Positions 18,931 through 28,157 of a stretch of 64,000 nt of DNA are shown in pieces. A program made the translations under genes and the position numbers. Source of the DNA: Clostridia bacterium (GTDB taxonomy: Bacteria; Bacillota; Clostridia; Christensenellales; CAG-138); the NCBI GenBank assembly GCA_036677445.1, contig JAVBWI010000004.1, forward strand, positions 342,786-406,785, written 5' to 3'. The notes beneath the pieces are model-generated. The model was not told the DNA's origin. It saw nothing but the letters and a program-made list of their open reading frames with translations, and did no database searches. The stretch's first letter is position 1, and each line of letters begins with the position of its first letter.

Positions 18931-20469
18931 ATGCTGAAAAACATACAAAGATCATTGGAGGATTTGCTGGGCAAGCCTTACGTTGCGGCGGTTGAATCCG
19001 CCGCGGTTTCCATACTTGGCATACCCGCAAAGGAAGCGGATGCGCTGCTTCGGGAAAAGATCGATTTCTTCCCCGAAAGCTTTCAGGCGCGCTGCAGGAC
19101 GCTTGCAGAAAAGGTGGGCACGCAGGTTGTGCCCGCATTTGACGGCGCATTGGAAGGCGCACCCACCGAATCCTTCCGCCGGGCGACCCATAAGGATGCC
19201 GCGCCAATCAGCGGGTTGGGGTGCGTACGCATCGGGCAGGATGGCAGGGCCTATCTGGCCGCCAAAAGCGAGCATTACCACATTCCTCTTGGGCACAATT
19301 TCCCGGGCTATCGGCTCATTACCAAAGCGCGGCAGGCCGGCATACTCAACGCCACGCACAACAATACCCGCGGGTATATTACACGGCTGATGGAACAGCG
19401 CATTATCGCGGATATCAACGGGCTGGGCGATAATCCGGACGCGTTGTCAGAGGTGCTGGCCTCCCGCGAGCCAAAGGTGCTCAACAGGCTGATCAACCTG
19501 GAAACCGGCAGCCTGTCCGTGGAAGCCGCCCTGAAGATGATGCTCGCCCGCTTCTACCGCCTGGATAAAACCTTTGAAAAGCCCGAGTATGAGGGCAAGA
19601 TTCCCGTATTCCTGGTGATTGCGGATAACGACGGCGGCTGCGAGGCCAACTACCACGGCACCACCATACTTGCACAAACCCTGCGCGGCATGTGGCCCGC
19701 CTTCTACCGCCAGGCGGAAGAAAGCGGCCTGTACCGCGTGGTATCCGTAAAGCGCAACGATACGCAGGATTTTGCGCAAAAAATCGCAGCCTGTAACACA
19801 GGCTTGTTTAGGACTGCCGGCTTCCTGCACGAAATCGTGCTGATGAATTACGGCGGCATTTGCCTTACCCCCGCCTTCCTGCAGGAGGCTTACGTCCTGT
19901 GCAACGTCTACCATACACCGACGCTCGCCGATGAAATACAATCCTGCATGTGGTACGAAGGCCTGTTCCTGTTCCGGCAGTACGGTATCCGGCCAGATTT
20001 CGTGATCATAGGCAAGGGCTTCCCCGGCGGCGAATACCCGGCCAGCAAGGTGGTTACCACCTATGAAATGGACAGCCTGAACCAGTTTGGTGCGTTAGTC
20101 ACCAACGGGCAGGAAGAGCTGGCCAGCCTGGCTTACCTCATCACCATGGAGTTCGTACGGGAAAACGGCAAGGCTATCGCCTCCATGGGTGCTATCATAG
20201 AAGAAGGGCTGCAAGCGCTTGGCAGGGCAAATCCCGATAAAATCGAGCGGATCGAGGGCAAGGGGCATCTTTCCTCCATCCATTTTCAATCGGTAAAGAT
20301 GGCGGACGATTTCTCCCGTCACGTAAATGCAATGGGCATAGACGTAAGCGCACAGCTTTATAAGGCGAATTGCCCGCCCGCAGTGCTGCTCAAGCTGCCG
20401 TTGTTAATAGACGAAGCGGCGTTTGCTTTCCTGCTGGAGCGTTTTGAAACCGCGCTGCGCATGCTGTAA
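18931..20469 (+). CDS. Class-III (PLP) aminotransferase-like protein, unusually long
   Basis: ADEIQSCMWYEG (compare DEVQTG) and IIGKGFPGG (the Schiff-base Lys context). The start is taken at the ATG at 18931, after GGAGG. The product is 512 aa against about 430-460 aa for typical members. Confidence 0.6.
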   Translation: MLKNIQRSLEDLLGKPYVAAVESAAVSILGIPAKEADALLREKIDFFPESFQARCRTLAEKVGTQVVPAFDGALEGAPTESFRRATHKDAAPISGLGCVRIGQDGRAYLAAKSEHYHIPLGHNFPGYRLITKARQAGILNATHNNTRGYITRLMEQRIIADINGLGDNPDALSEVLASREPKVLNRLINLETGSLSVEAALKMMLARFYRLDKTFEKPEYEGKIPVFLVIADNDGGCEANYHGTTILAQTLRGMWPAFYRQAEESGLYRVVSVKRNDTQDFAQKIAACNTGLFRTAGFLHEIVLMNYGGICLTPAFLQEAYVLCNVYHTPTLADEIQSCMWYEGLFLFRQYGIRPDFVIIGKGFPGGEYPASKVVTTYEMDSLNQFGALVTNGQEELASLAYLITMEFVRENGKAIASMGAIIEEGLQALGRANPDKIERIEGKGHLSSIHFQSVKMADDFSRHVNAMGIDVSAQLYKANCPPAVLLKLPLLIDEAAFAFLLERFETALRML

Positions 20470-20543
20470 TACAACCGCACGCAGGAGAAACGGAACCGCT
20501 GTATTTCTGTTTCTCCTGCTATTTCAGATGGGAGGGAACGTAT

Positions 20544-21482
20544 ATGATCAATGAGCGTATGTATTTTCGCAAGGACGAACCGGAGGTACACCTCGATACC
20601 TACGTACTGCATCATTCCGATCAAATTCACACGGACAGGCGCAGGCCGGCGGTAATCATTTGCCCCGGAGGCGCGTATCTTCGCATCTCCGATCAGGAGG
20701 CGGAAGCCGTCGCCCTGCGTTTTGCCGCCAGCGGCTTCCATGCGTTCGTACTGAATTATTCCGTGGGCGAAGCTGCGCGGATGCCGCGCCCCATGCAGGA
20801 AATAGGCTGGGCGATATCCACCATTCGGGATTATGCAGCAAAGTGGTATATTGATCCTGATAAAGTCGCGGTATGCGGATTTTCCGCAGGCGGCCATCTC
20901 TGCGCCACCGCCAGCACCAAATGGCGGGAGATCGGCGAGCAGCTGGGCATTCCGCCCACGCTGGTACGGCCGGATGCGGCTTTACTTTGCTACCCGAGCA
21001 CGGATTTGAGCGAAGCCCTTCCGCTTTTGCCGCTCTCCATGTTTTCGGAAGGCGAAATCGACCCAAAACACCCGGAGCGGGCGGTGCTGGATTGCTTCAA
21101 GCCCGGCATCGTAGGGGTTGAGGGGCAAAAATGGCTGGACCTGGGTCTGCCCATGAACGCAATGCTATTGGGTACATACTCCCCGACGCAGGCACAGTTG
21201 GATGAGCACAGCCCGTATTTGCATGTGACCGGGCAAACGCCGCCTGCCTTCGTCTGGACGACCGCGAATGACGATCTGCTGCCGCCCGTAAACGCCATGA
21301 AATATGTGCAGGCGCTGATGGCGCATGACGTTTCCGTGGAGTTCCATATGTTTGGAAACGGCCATCACGGGCTTTCCCTTGCCGACCATACGACCGCACC
21401 AAATGAAGAGTTCATCAACCCGGCTTGCGCCGCCTGGTTCCCCATGGCCATTACATGGCTGCAGGGGTTGTGGGGTGTTTGA
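20544..21482 (+). CDS. Alpha/beta hydrolase (esterase/lipase, acetyl-esterase-like)
   Basis: HGGG-type oxyanion region (ICPGGAY) and nucleophile elbow GFSAGGH. Confidence 0.8.
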   Translation: MINERMYFRKDEPEVHLDTYVLHHSDQIHTDRRRPAVIICPGGAYLRISDQEAEAVALRFAASGFHAFVLNYSVGEAARMPRPMQEIGWAISTIRDYAAKWYIDPDKVAVCGFSAGGHLCATASTKWREIGEQLGIPPTLVRPDAALLCYPSTDLSEALPLLPLSMFSEGEIDPKHPERAVLDCFKPGIVGVEGQKWLDLGLPMNAMLLGTYSPTQAQLDEHSPYLHVTGQTPPAFVWTTANDDLLPPVNAMKYVQALMAHDVSVEFHMFGNGHHGLSLADHTTAPNEEFINPACAAWFPMAITWLQGLWGV

Positions 21483-21514
21483 GATACGCGCCGAATATAC
21501 GTTTCATAAAAGCG

Positions 21515-21691
21515 TCAGCTCTTTTTTCGCCGCATCTCTACAATTGCCCCTATCACCACGCCAATCGCCGCGCCGCCCAAGAGCCAAATGATCAGATTGC
21601 CCAGTATTGCTCCCAGGAGTATGCCAATGGCCGAACAAAAGCCTATTACCGTTCCCATTCCGATATAGTCGGCTAGTTTGCGTTGCTTCAT
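21515..21691 (-). CDS. Small glycine-zipper membrane protein
   Basis: The 58-aa product starts at the ATG at 21691, directly after GGAGGG; the ORF-track TTG start lies inside that RBS. It has two Gly/Ala/Ile-rich TM segments and a basic tail RRKKS. Confidence 0.5.
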   Translation of the reverse strand: MKQRKLADYIGMGTVIGFCSAIGILLGAILGNLIIWLLGGAAIGVVIGAIVEMRRKKS

Positions 21692-21948
21692 ATTTCCCTC
21701 CAAAAAATCCGCATGTTTTTTATCGATCCCAAGCCATTCCCATAAACTGAGAATACACTGCGCTCCACTATTATGTCAATCCGGTCCAAGTTATCACGGC
21801 CGGCTTTCTGAAAAATCCAGCGGAAAAACAAGGACCTGCGTCAGGCCTGCACTGTTCCTTCAAAATAGCAATGGAAATATATGACGTATTATAGTATTCT
21901 TAAAATACGGCTGTTTTACGACTTGCATATAACGGAGGAGGGCATCCG

Positions 21949-23202
21949 ATGACAACCTTTATCGAGCTATATAACCGGCTGGTAAAAGCCTCTTTGGAAA
22001 ATAACCTGACGGAGGAAGTCGATAAGCTGCGGCAGGAGAAATTTGATCCCCATCATTTGGACTGCCTGCTGAATCCTCACCGGCACCCGCCCGTCATCAG
22101 AATAGGAGACTGCACCTGCTCTGAAAGCGAAAAAGCCGCCTGTGCGGGCAAATGTCTGTTTGAGGCACTTTATCAGGATGAGAAGGGTAATATTTCCGTT
22201 AATAAGGATCTGTGTGTCGGATGCGCGGAGTGTATCCAAAATTGCCATGCAAAAAAGCTTACGGACAGCAAGGATATCCTGCCGGCGCTCGCCGCTGTCC
22301 ATCACGCCACAGCGCCGGTGTATGCGATGATCGCTCCGGCCTTTATTAACCAATTCACCAGCGACGTGACCCCGGGCAAGCTGCGTACGGCATTCAAAAA
22401 GATCGGATTTACCGGAATGTTGGAGGTTGCCCTGTTTGCGGATATACTGACATTGAAGGAAGCGCTTGAATTTGATAAGAATATTGTAAACGAGGAGGAT
22501 TTCCAGCTCACAAGCTGCTGCTGCCCGATGTGGATCGCCATGATTCGCAGAATTTACCACGAGCTCATACCGTACGTTCCCGGTGCTGTCTCCCCCATGG
22601 TTGCCTGCGGGCGGTCCATCAAGGCGCTGTATCCGGATGCGCTGACCGTATTCATAGGACCGTGTATCGCAAAAAAGGCGGAAGCGCGGGAAAAGGATGT
22701 CGCGGCTTCCACCGACTTTGTGCTGACATTTCACGAAATGCGGGATATTTTCGAGTTCGCGGGAATTCATCCCGCCGATATGCCGGAGGACGAGCGCGAC
22801 CATTCCTCACGCACCGGCCGCATTTACGCAACCACAGGCGGTGTGAGCGAAGCTGTGCAGGGTACGGTAAACCGACTGAATCCGAACCGCAAAATAACGG
22901 TGCGCGCTGCGCAGGCAGACGGCACCCCGGCCTGTAAAGCAATGCTGAATACTATACTCAGCAGGAAGATCACGGCGAATTTTATTGAAGGCATGGGCTG
23001 TGTCGGCGGTTGTGTCGGCGGACCCAAGGTGTTGATCCCCAAGGAAGAAGGGCGTAAAAACGTATACAAATACGGCAATGACGCGGTATACCAAACCCCG
23101 ATTGAAAATCCGTATGTGGTTGAGCTGCTGCGCCGTCTCGGGTTCGATACGGTCGAAAGCCTGCTCGAGCACAGCGATATTTTTACGCGCGACTTCTCTT
23201 AA
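21949..23202 (+). CDS. [FeFe]-hydrogenase-like protein (H-cluster domain plus N-terminal ferredoxin-like Cys motifs)
   Basis: H-cluster-type motifs TSCCCPMW (L1), GPCIAKKAE (L2) and EGMGCVGGCVGGP (L3), plus CVGCAECIQNC. Confidence 0.7.
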   Translation: MTTFIELYNRLVKASLENNLTEEVDKLRQEKFDPHHLDCLLNPHRHPPVIRIGDCTCSESEKAACAGKCLFEALYQDEKGNISVNKDLCVGCAECIQNCHAKKLTDSKDILPALAAVHHATAPVYAMIAPAFINQFTSDVTPGKLRTAFKKIGFTGMLEVALFADILTLKEALEFDKNIVNEEDFQLTSCCCPMWIAMIRRIYHELIPYVPGAVSPMVACGRSIKALYPDALTVFIGPCIAKKAEAREKDVAASTDFVLTFHEMRDIFEFAGIHPADMPEDERDHSSRTGRIYATTGGVSEAVQGTVNRLNPNRKITVRAAQADGTPACKAMLNTILSRKITANFIEGMGCVGGCVGGPKVLIPKEEGRKNVYKYGNDAVYQTPIENPYVVELLRRLGFDTVESLLEHSDIFTRDFS

Positions 23203-23335
23203 AGAATCCGGCATCGCATTTTATTCTGCATTTCAAAACACATTCGATTTAACGGCGCTTATTCTTTTCGAACAATGAAGAATAAGCGCCACTTGTGTTG
23301 CAGAGAATATGAATAACAAAACAGGAGGTGATATC

Positions 23336-23953
23336 TTGAAAAAAATAGTAGGTTTCATTTTGGTACTACTGATTCTTTGCCTGACCATGCAGCCCGCATT
23401 GGCGCAAGGAACGACCTATACGGTGGTCAAGGGCGACACGTTGTGGAAAATTGCAGTAAGATATGAAATCGGCATATCTGAACTGATACAAGCCAATCCG
23501 CAATTCAAAAATCCCGATTTGATTTATGTGGGTCAAAAAGTAAATATCCCGGAAGCCAGCTCTTTGCAGTCCTTCGAACAAGAAGTGATTCGGCTGGTCA
23601 ATCTCGAGCGTACAAATCGAGGGATACCTGCGCTCACAACCCATTGGGAGCTTTCCCGTGTGGCAAGATACAAGTCGCAGGATATGATAGTGAAAAACTA
23701 TTTTTCCCATACTTCCCCGACTTATGGATCGCCGTTCACAATGATGCAAAGCTTCGGGCTGAAGTTTTCCGCCGCTGCTGAAAACATCGCTTACGGTCAA
23801 CGGTCCGCGCAGGAAGTTGTAACAGCCTGGATGGGCTCCCCTGGCCACAGGGCAAATATCCTGTCCAATTCCTATACGCATACCGGCGTAGGCGCGGCAA
23901 AAACAGCCAGCGGCACGCTGTATTGGACGCAGATGTTCATGAAACCCTATTGA
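23336..23953 (+). CDS. Secreted LysM-domain / CAP (SCP, YkwD-like) domain protein
   Basis: A TTG start at 23336 lies 8 nt after AGGAGG and gives the signal peptide MKKIVGFILVLLILCLTMQPALA. LysM motif YTVVKGDTLWKIAVRY; CAP motif GSPGHRANIL. Confidence 0.8.
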   Translation: MKKIVGFILVLLILCLTMQPALAQGTTYTVVKGDTLWKIAVRYEIGISELIQANPQFKNPDLIYVGQKVNIPEASSLQSFEQEVIRLVNLERTNRGIPALTTHWELSRVARYKSQDMIVKNYFSHTSPTYGSPFTMMQSFGLKFSAAAENIAYGQRSAQEVVTAWMGSPGHRANILSNSYTHTGVGAAKTASGTLYWTQMFMKPY

Positions 23954-23989
23954 TCCCGTGAAATTGGTTTTTGCGGCACCAATAAATAA

Positions 23990-24160
23990 GGACTGTTGCG
24001 CTAAGTGCATACGCCGAATAATTATTCAGGCACTTAGCGCGACAGCCCGGGTTCCTACTCCAAGCGGGGCACAATCGAGCCGGCGAATCGTTTTAGAACT
24101 TTGTTTCCTCTCGCATTATGCATTGAAAATGCTTAATGCGACACCCTATTTTTTGTTTTG
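23990..24160. repeat. Multi-hairpin intergenic repeat array 2 (ends in a terminator hairpin)
   Basis: The long stem CTGTTGCGCTAAGTGC...GCACTTAGCGCGACAG, and a terminal hairpin TCGCATTATGCA-ttgaaaa-TGCTTAATGCGA (24111-24141) followed by a T-rich run. Both are shared with 62050-62270. Confidence 0.8.
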
Positions 24161-24173
24161 GGTAATACCATGC

Positions 24174-25529
24174 CTATTGAAAATTTCTCCCCACCAGATG
24201 CTGTACGTTGACCGGCAAATCATTAAGAACCTCTACGCGCTTACCGTATTTGCCCAAAGTCTTCTCTACAAGAACGTAATCCATACCCGGTATGATGACA
24301 TCGTTCCAGTGGTTCGCATAGCCTCTGACGGCAACATCCAGCATGGTAACGATCTGCTGGCCCAAAGGTTCGCAGCTGTCCAGCGTGATTGCGCCGTAAA
24401 ATTCCTGGCATTCCGTATACCCGGCATTGTGCGTGCCGGTATAGGGCTTCAGTTTGGACATATCGACAGATTTGCCGATCCGGGCCGATACCTCGGCGGA
24501 GCGGCTCTTAAAATACTCCACCAGCGCCTGCTCCTGCAGCCTTGCCGGTAAGCCGTTTTCTGCAACGTTCCGGTACGCCTGCAGGCCGATGCGGTAAGCC
24601 TCTTCCACGAAATCGAACCAATATTTCTGGTCCTGCGTCAGCTTGGAAGGGTGATTCACGCATACGACAGAGACCCGTTCGCACGCGGTCAGCCCGTCGC
24701 GCTTGGGGCCGACGCCAAGCATGACGTAATCACCCTCGTTGATCCTTTTATTCAGTGCCCGGCCGATCATCGTCCTATTCGATTCATTCGCGCACACCAT
24801 AACATCAAAGCCGTGCAGCTCAACGCCCAGCTCGGATGCGATGCAATACCCCCATTGCGCGACCTGCGTCTCATACATACCCGGCCGCATGACGGACAGC
24901 ATGCCTTCGAGCATCACGTCGCATATTTTCGAGGCCTCGCTGATCATACGCATTTCATTGGACGATTTGATATACTTCACTTTACACAAAACGTCGCGCG
25001 CGTCGACGATGTGCTCCTCTCCCCCCAGATACTCCCGAAAGAACTTAAAAAAGCTGATGGGGATGATCTGTGTCGGCGTCAGCAGGCCGATATTTTCCGG
25101 CTTGCCGCCGCAGGCCTCTTCAAAAACATCCTCGATTTTAACCGCTTCCACGGGATAATTTTCATCCGCCAGCTTCAGCATCTCGACCTTGCGTATTTTG
25201 CATCCCGAACGCGGCGCCAGCTGCTCGGCGCAGTATCCGCCTTCCAGCCCGGCCAAGAGAAAGAACCCGTTCCTGCCGACAATGCCCGCCACAGGCTCTA
25301 TGCTGATGTTCGTGTTGCCTGCAAAATACGGCACGTCGCCGCAATAATGCTCGTCGCTGTATACAAAGCCGGCGTCGATACCCGCCTTCTCCATCGCTTC
25401 ATATACTTTTTTGGCGCGCGCTTTGAATTCGGATTCGGGGATTCGGTACTCCTTATCAAAGCTGGGCGCACGTTTTAATACATCGGCGACGATTTCGGCT
25501 TCCTTCTTCCATTGCACGCCGTCAAACAC
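24174..25529 (-). CDS. M24-family (pita-bread fold) hydrolase with creatinase/prolidase N-terminal domain
   Basis: 451 aa with the overall Xaa-Pro peptidase/creatinase layout. The canonical metal-ligand Asp positions appear substituted (see findings). Confidence 0.7.
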   Translation of the reverse strand: MFDGVQWKKEAEIVADVLKRAPSFDKEYRIPESEFKARAKKVYEAMEKAGIDAGFVYSDEHYCGDVPYFAGNTNISIEPVAGIVGRNGFFLLAGLEGGYCAEQLAPRSGCKIRKVEMLKLADENYPVEAVKIEDVFEEACGGKPENIGLLTPTQIIPISFFKFFREYLGGEEHIVDARDVLCKVKYIKSSNEMRMISEASKICDVMLEGMLSVMRPGMYETQVAQWGYCIASELGVELHGFDVMVCANESNRTMIGRALNKRINEGDYVMLGVGPKRDGLTACERVSVVCVNHPSKLTQDQKYWFDFVEEAYRIGLQAYRNVAENGLPARLQEQALVEYFKSRSAEVSARIGKSVDMSKLKPYTGTHNAGYTECQEFYGAITLDSCEPLGQQIVTMLDVAVRGYANHWNDVIIPGMDYVLVEKTLGKYGKRVEVLNDLPVNVQHLVGRNFQ

Positions 25530-25531
25530 GG

Positions 25532-26464
25532 CTACTCCTCCCCCTTCTGTCCGCTTCTTCTGTTTTGTGTGGCCATTGCCTGTTCGGCCAGCCGCTTATA
25601 AGGTAAAAAATCCAGTTTGGGCCGCGGGTCGAAGCGCAGATATACTTCAATATATCTGCCATCGGCTATGCGTCTTTCCTTGCGGGCGCGGATCAAGCCG
25701 TCAATGATCTTTGCCTGCGAAGCGTAGTGCGCAATGCTTTGACAGACCTGCATTTCCACCTCTTCCGGCGCCACCAGAACGCAGTTGGCGCGAATATCCT
25801 CCGGCCGCCCGTGCAAAAGCGCGTCCTCCGGGTCGAGATCGGCCCAAACGGAATATTCTGCGACGCTTTTTACCGGGCTTGGATCTGCCCAATCCACCGC
25901 GCACGGATCCCCGCACTGCGGGGCATCGTATGCGGCCATCATGCTGGCCGCAACATGGTCGATATGCTCATGGTAGTGATTGGGCACAAGTACACGCGTG
26001 ATTTTCCTTGTCCGAAGCTCGGTAATCGCTTTTTTAAAGTGTCCTTCCTGGTCAAGGGCCACATTCCAGCCGATTTTGCTCAGGGCGCTAAAATCTGAAA
26101 TGTTAAAGAACACAATGTTACCTTCAGGGATGCCCAACGATTTGTAGCAGGCAAGCGTCTCCCCTTTTCGGGTCTCTACGATGGTATCGCGGTCCGCGAT
26201 GTTGCTGTAGCCCGCATTGCCGTTGCAAATAATAAAAATATGCACGCTCGCGCCGTCCTCCAGCGCGGCTTTGATTGCGTAACCTGCGCCGATGACCGCA
26301 TCGTCGTCATGCGGGCCGTACACGCAAACATTCTCGCTCGCGCCTGCCCAGCCCGGAAACAATGTTGTTAAGCCCGCGCTGATCTCGTGTGTATCGGTAT
26401 TTATACAGCTGTATTTACTCACCCTGCAACCTCCGACAATAGTATTGTGACATGCACCAGACAA
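25532..26464 (-). CDS. PIG-L/LmbE-family N-acetyl deacetylase
   Basis: VYGPHDDDAVIGAG (the PxHxDD zinc motif) and HYHEHIDH. Confidence 0.8.
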   Translation of the reverse strand: MSGACHNTIVGGCRVSKYSCINTDTHEISAGLTTLFPGWAGASENVCVYGPHDDDAVIGAGYAIKAALEDGASVHIFIICNGNAGYSNIADRDTIVETRKGETLACYKSLGIPEGNIVFFNISDFSALSKIGWNVALDQEGHFKKAITELRTRKITRVLVPNHYHEHIDHVAASMMAAYDAPQCGDPCAVDWADPSPVKSVAEYSVWADLDPEDALLHGRPEDIRANCVLVAPEEVEMQVCQSIAHYASQAKIIDGLIRARKERRIADGRYIEVYLRFDPRPKLDFLPYKRLAEQAMATQNRRSGQKGEE

Positions 26465-26590
26465 TAGACAAACGCAGCGAAATCAATTCGGCCACTGGAC
26501 TTAATAATTACAGTTCATTATTGCATTTCTTTCACCGCTTGTCAATTGTACGCACAAAGCCGGCTGTAAATGCTGTGTGCAATTTCCGTC

Positions 26591-26622
26591 GACAAAAAAG
26601 ACGCCCCAAAGGACGTCTTTTC
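26591..26622 (-). terminator. Hairpin with T-run downstream of the aminotransferase gene
   Basis: Minus strand reads AAGACGTCC-tttg-GGGCGTCTT followed by TTTTTGTC. Confidence 0.6.
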
Positions 26623-26632
26623 GGATCTATAT

Positions 26633-27940
26633 TTACAGCTTCTTATCGCATTCAGTAAAGAGGTCGTCGAATATATTGAGCACCCTGTCCAGCTCTTCAT
26701 AGGTGATGATCGCAGGCGGCTTGATTTTTACCACATTGCCCAGACCCAGATATTTACTGCCGCCGATGAGCAGGCCCCTGTTCATCGCTTCATCCACCAT
26801 ATACTTTTCAGCCGCGTAATTGGGCTCCTTCGTCTCCTGATCCTTGACCAACTCGATGCCGATCATCAGACCCGGGCCGCGGACATCCCCCATCACCCTG
26901 TGACGCTGCTGCATTTCCTTGAGCGCTCTCGTTACATACGCGCCCTTTTCACGGAACTGGCCGCAGATATCCTCTTCCTCCATAACGTCCAGCGTCGCGT
27001 TGCACGCCGCCATGCTGATGGGGAAGTGCGCGAATGTAAAGCTGTGGTCGCCGGGCGAGAGCGGCGCAAGATCGTCCCGCGCCAGCATGCCCGCAATGGG
27101 ATAGCCGCCGCCAAGCGCTTTGCCAAACACCAAAATGTCGGGAACCACGCCATACCGTTCGCTGGAGAAGTAAGTGCCCGGGCGGCCGAAGCCTGTCTGT
27201 ATTTCGTCCCAAATCAGCAGGATATCCTGCCGGTCGCAAATTTCCCGGACAGCCTTATAAAACTCCACCGGATACTCGATCATGCCGCCGTTGCCCTGAA
27301 TAGGCTCCATAATCAGTGCACAGGCGCCGCCATCCACCGCGTTCTTCACGGCGCCTTCCAGGAAGTTTGCACACTCCAGCCCGCATTCAGGGTACTTCCG
27401 GCGGAAGGGGCAGCGATAGCAATAAGCCTGCGGCACGCGCACCGCGTTATTCATGTAACTGAGGAAACCGTTATTGGGATGCGGCCAACAAACATTCATA
27501 CTTGCGAATGTCCGGCCATGGTATGCATCATAAAAAGATATGAATTTAGGTTTGCCGGGGCGGTTACGCATGGCCAGCTTTAACGCGCCTTCGACGGCGG
27601 TTGCGCCATGCAGGCAAAAGTTGACCTTGTTCAGGTTGCCCGGCGCCATTTCCGCAAGCCGCTTTGCCAGTAAAAGCTTGGGTACGGTATCGAAGGAGGT
27701 ACGGATGTGGGAATACAACGCCGCCTGTTCCTGAACGGCCTTTATCACCTTGGGATGGCTAAAGCCGATATTCATGCTCCATGCCTGCGACGTGCAATCC
27801 AAATACTCGCGGCCGTCATCCGCAACGATGGTGGATCCATGCGCCTCTTTCACGACCAGGTCAAAGCTTCCTCCGACATTGCCGCCCATGAGCGCGGCCC
27901 GGCCCGCCGCCAGCTCTTCCGGCGTAGCGTGTTCATACAT
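26633..27940 (-). CDS. Class-III pyridoxal-phosphate aminotransferase (GABA/diaminobutyrate/ornithine aminotransferase type)
   Basis: DEIQTGFGRPG and VFGKALGGGYPIAG motifs; 435 aa. Confidence 0.85.
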   Translation of the reverse strand: MYEHATPEELAAGRAALMGGNVGGSFDLVVKEAHGSTIVADDGREYLDCTSQAWSMNIGFSHPKVIKAVQEQAALYSHIRTSFDTVPKLLLAKRLAEMAPGNLNKVNFCLHGATAVEGALKLAMRNRPGKPKFISFYDAYHGRTFASMNVCWPHPNNGFLSYMNNAVRVPQAYCYRCPFRRKYPECGLECANFLEGAVKNAVDGGACALIMEPIQGNGGMIEYPVEFYKAVREICDRQDILLIWDEIQTGFGRPGTYFSSERYGVVPDILVFGKALGGGYPIAGMLARDDLAPLSPGDHSFTFAHFPISMAACNATLDVMEEEDICGQFREKGAYVTRALKEMQQRHRVMGDVRGPGLMIGIELVKDQETKEPNYAAEKYMVDEAMNRGLLIGGSKYLGLGNVVKIKPPAIITYEELDRVLNIFDDLFTECDKKL

Positions 27941-28073
27941 ATATGGTATTCTCCTTTCCTGTTCTTGAGCCCTACACTAGCACACGTTATGAACTATTTC
28001 AATATTAAAATGATTGATAATGGTCATATTTTAATAAATAGTTGCTTTGTTCAGCCATTTTGATGGATTGATA

Positions 28074-28103
28074 TTGAAACAAGCAGTTGTACCATGCTAT
28101 AAT
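28074..28103 (+). promoter_or_regulatory. Candidate sigma-A promoter of the DeoR regulator gene
   Basis: TTGAAA (28074-28079), 18 nt spacer, TGcTATAAT with the hexamer at 28098-28103. Confidence 0.5.
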
Positions 28104-28157
28104 CACAGGTAATTGATCGTAAACGTTCAAATACGCGCATTATGAAGGAGGCCTCCG

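Noticed and set aside
28043-28057. Sigma-54-like element on the minus strand (TGGCTGAACAAAGCA) upstream of the aminotransferase operon
   Set aside because: The GG-to-GC spacing is one nucleotide too short, and the -12 element reads AAGC. Sigma-54 promoters do not tolerate spacing changes.
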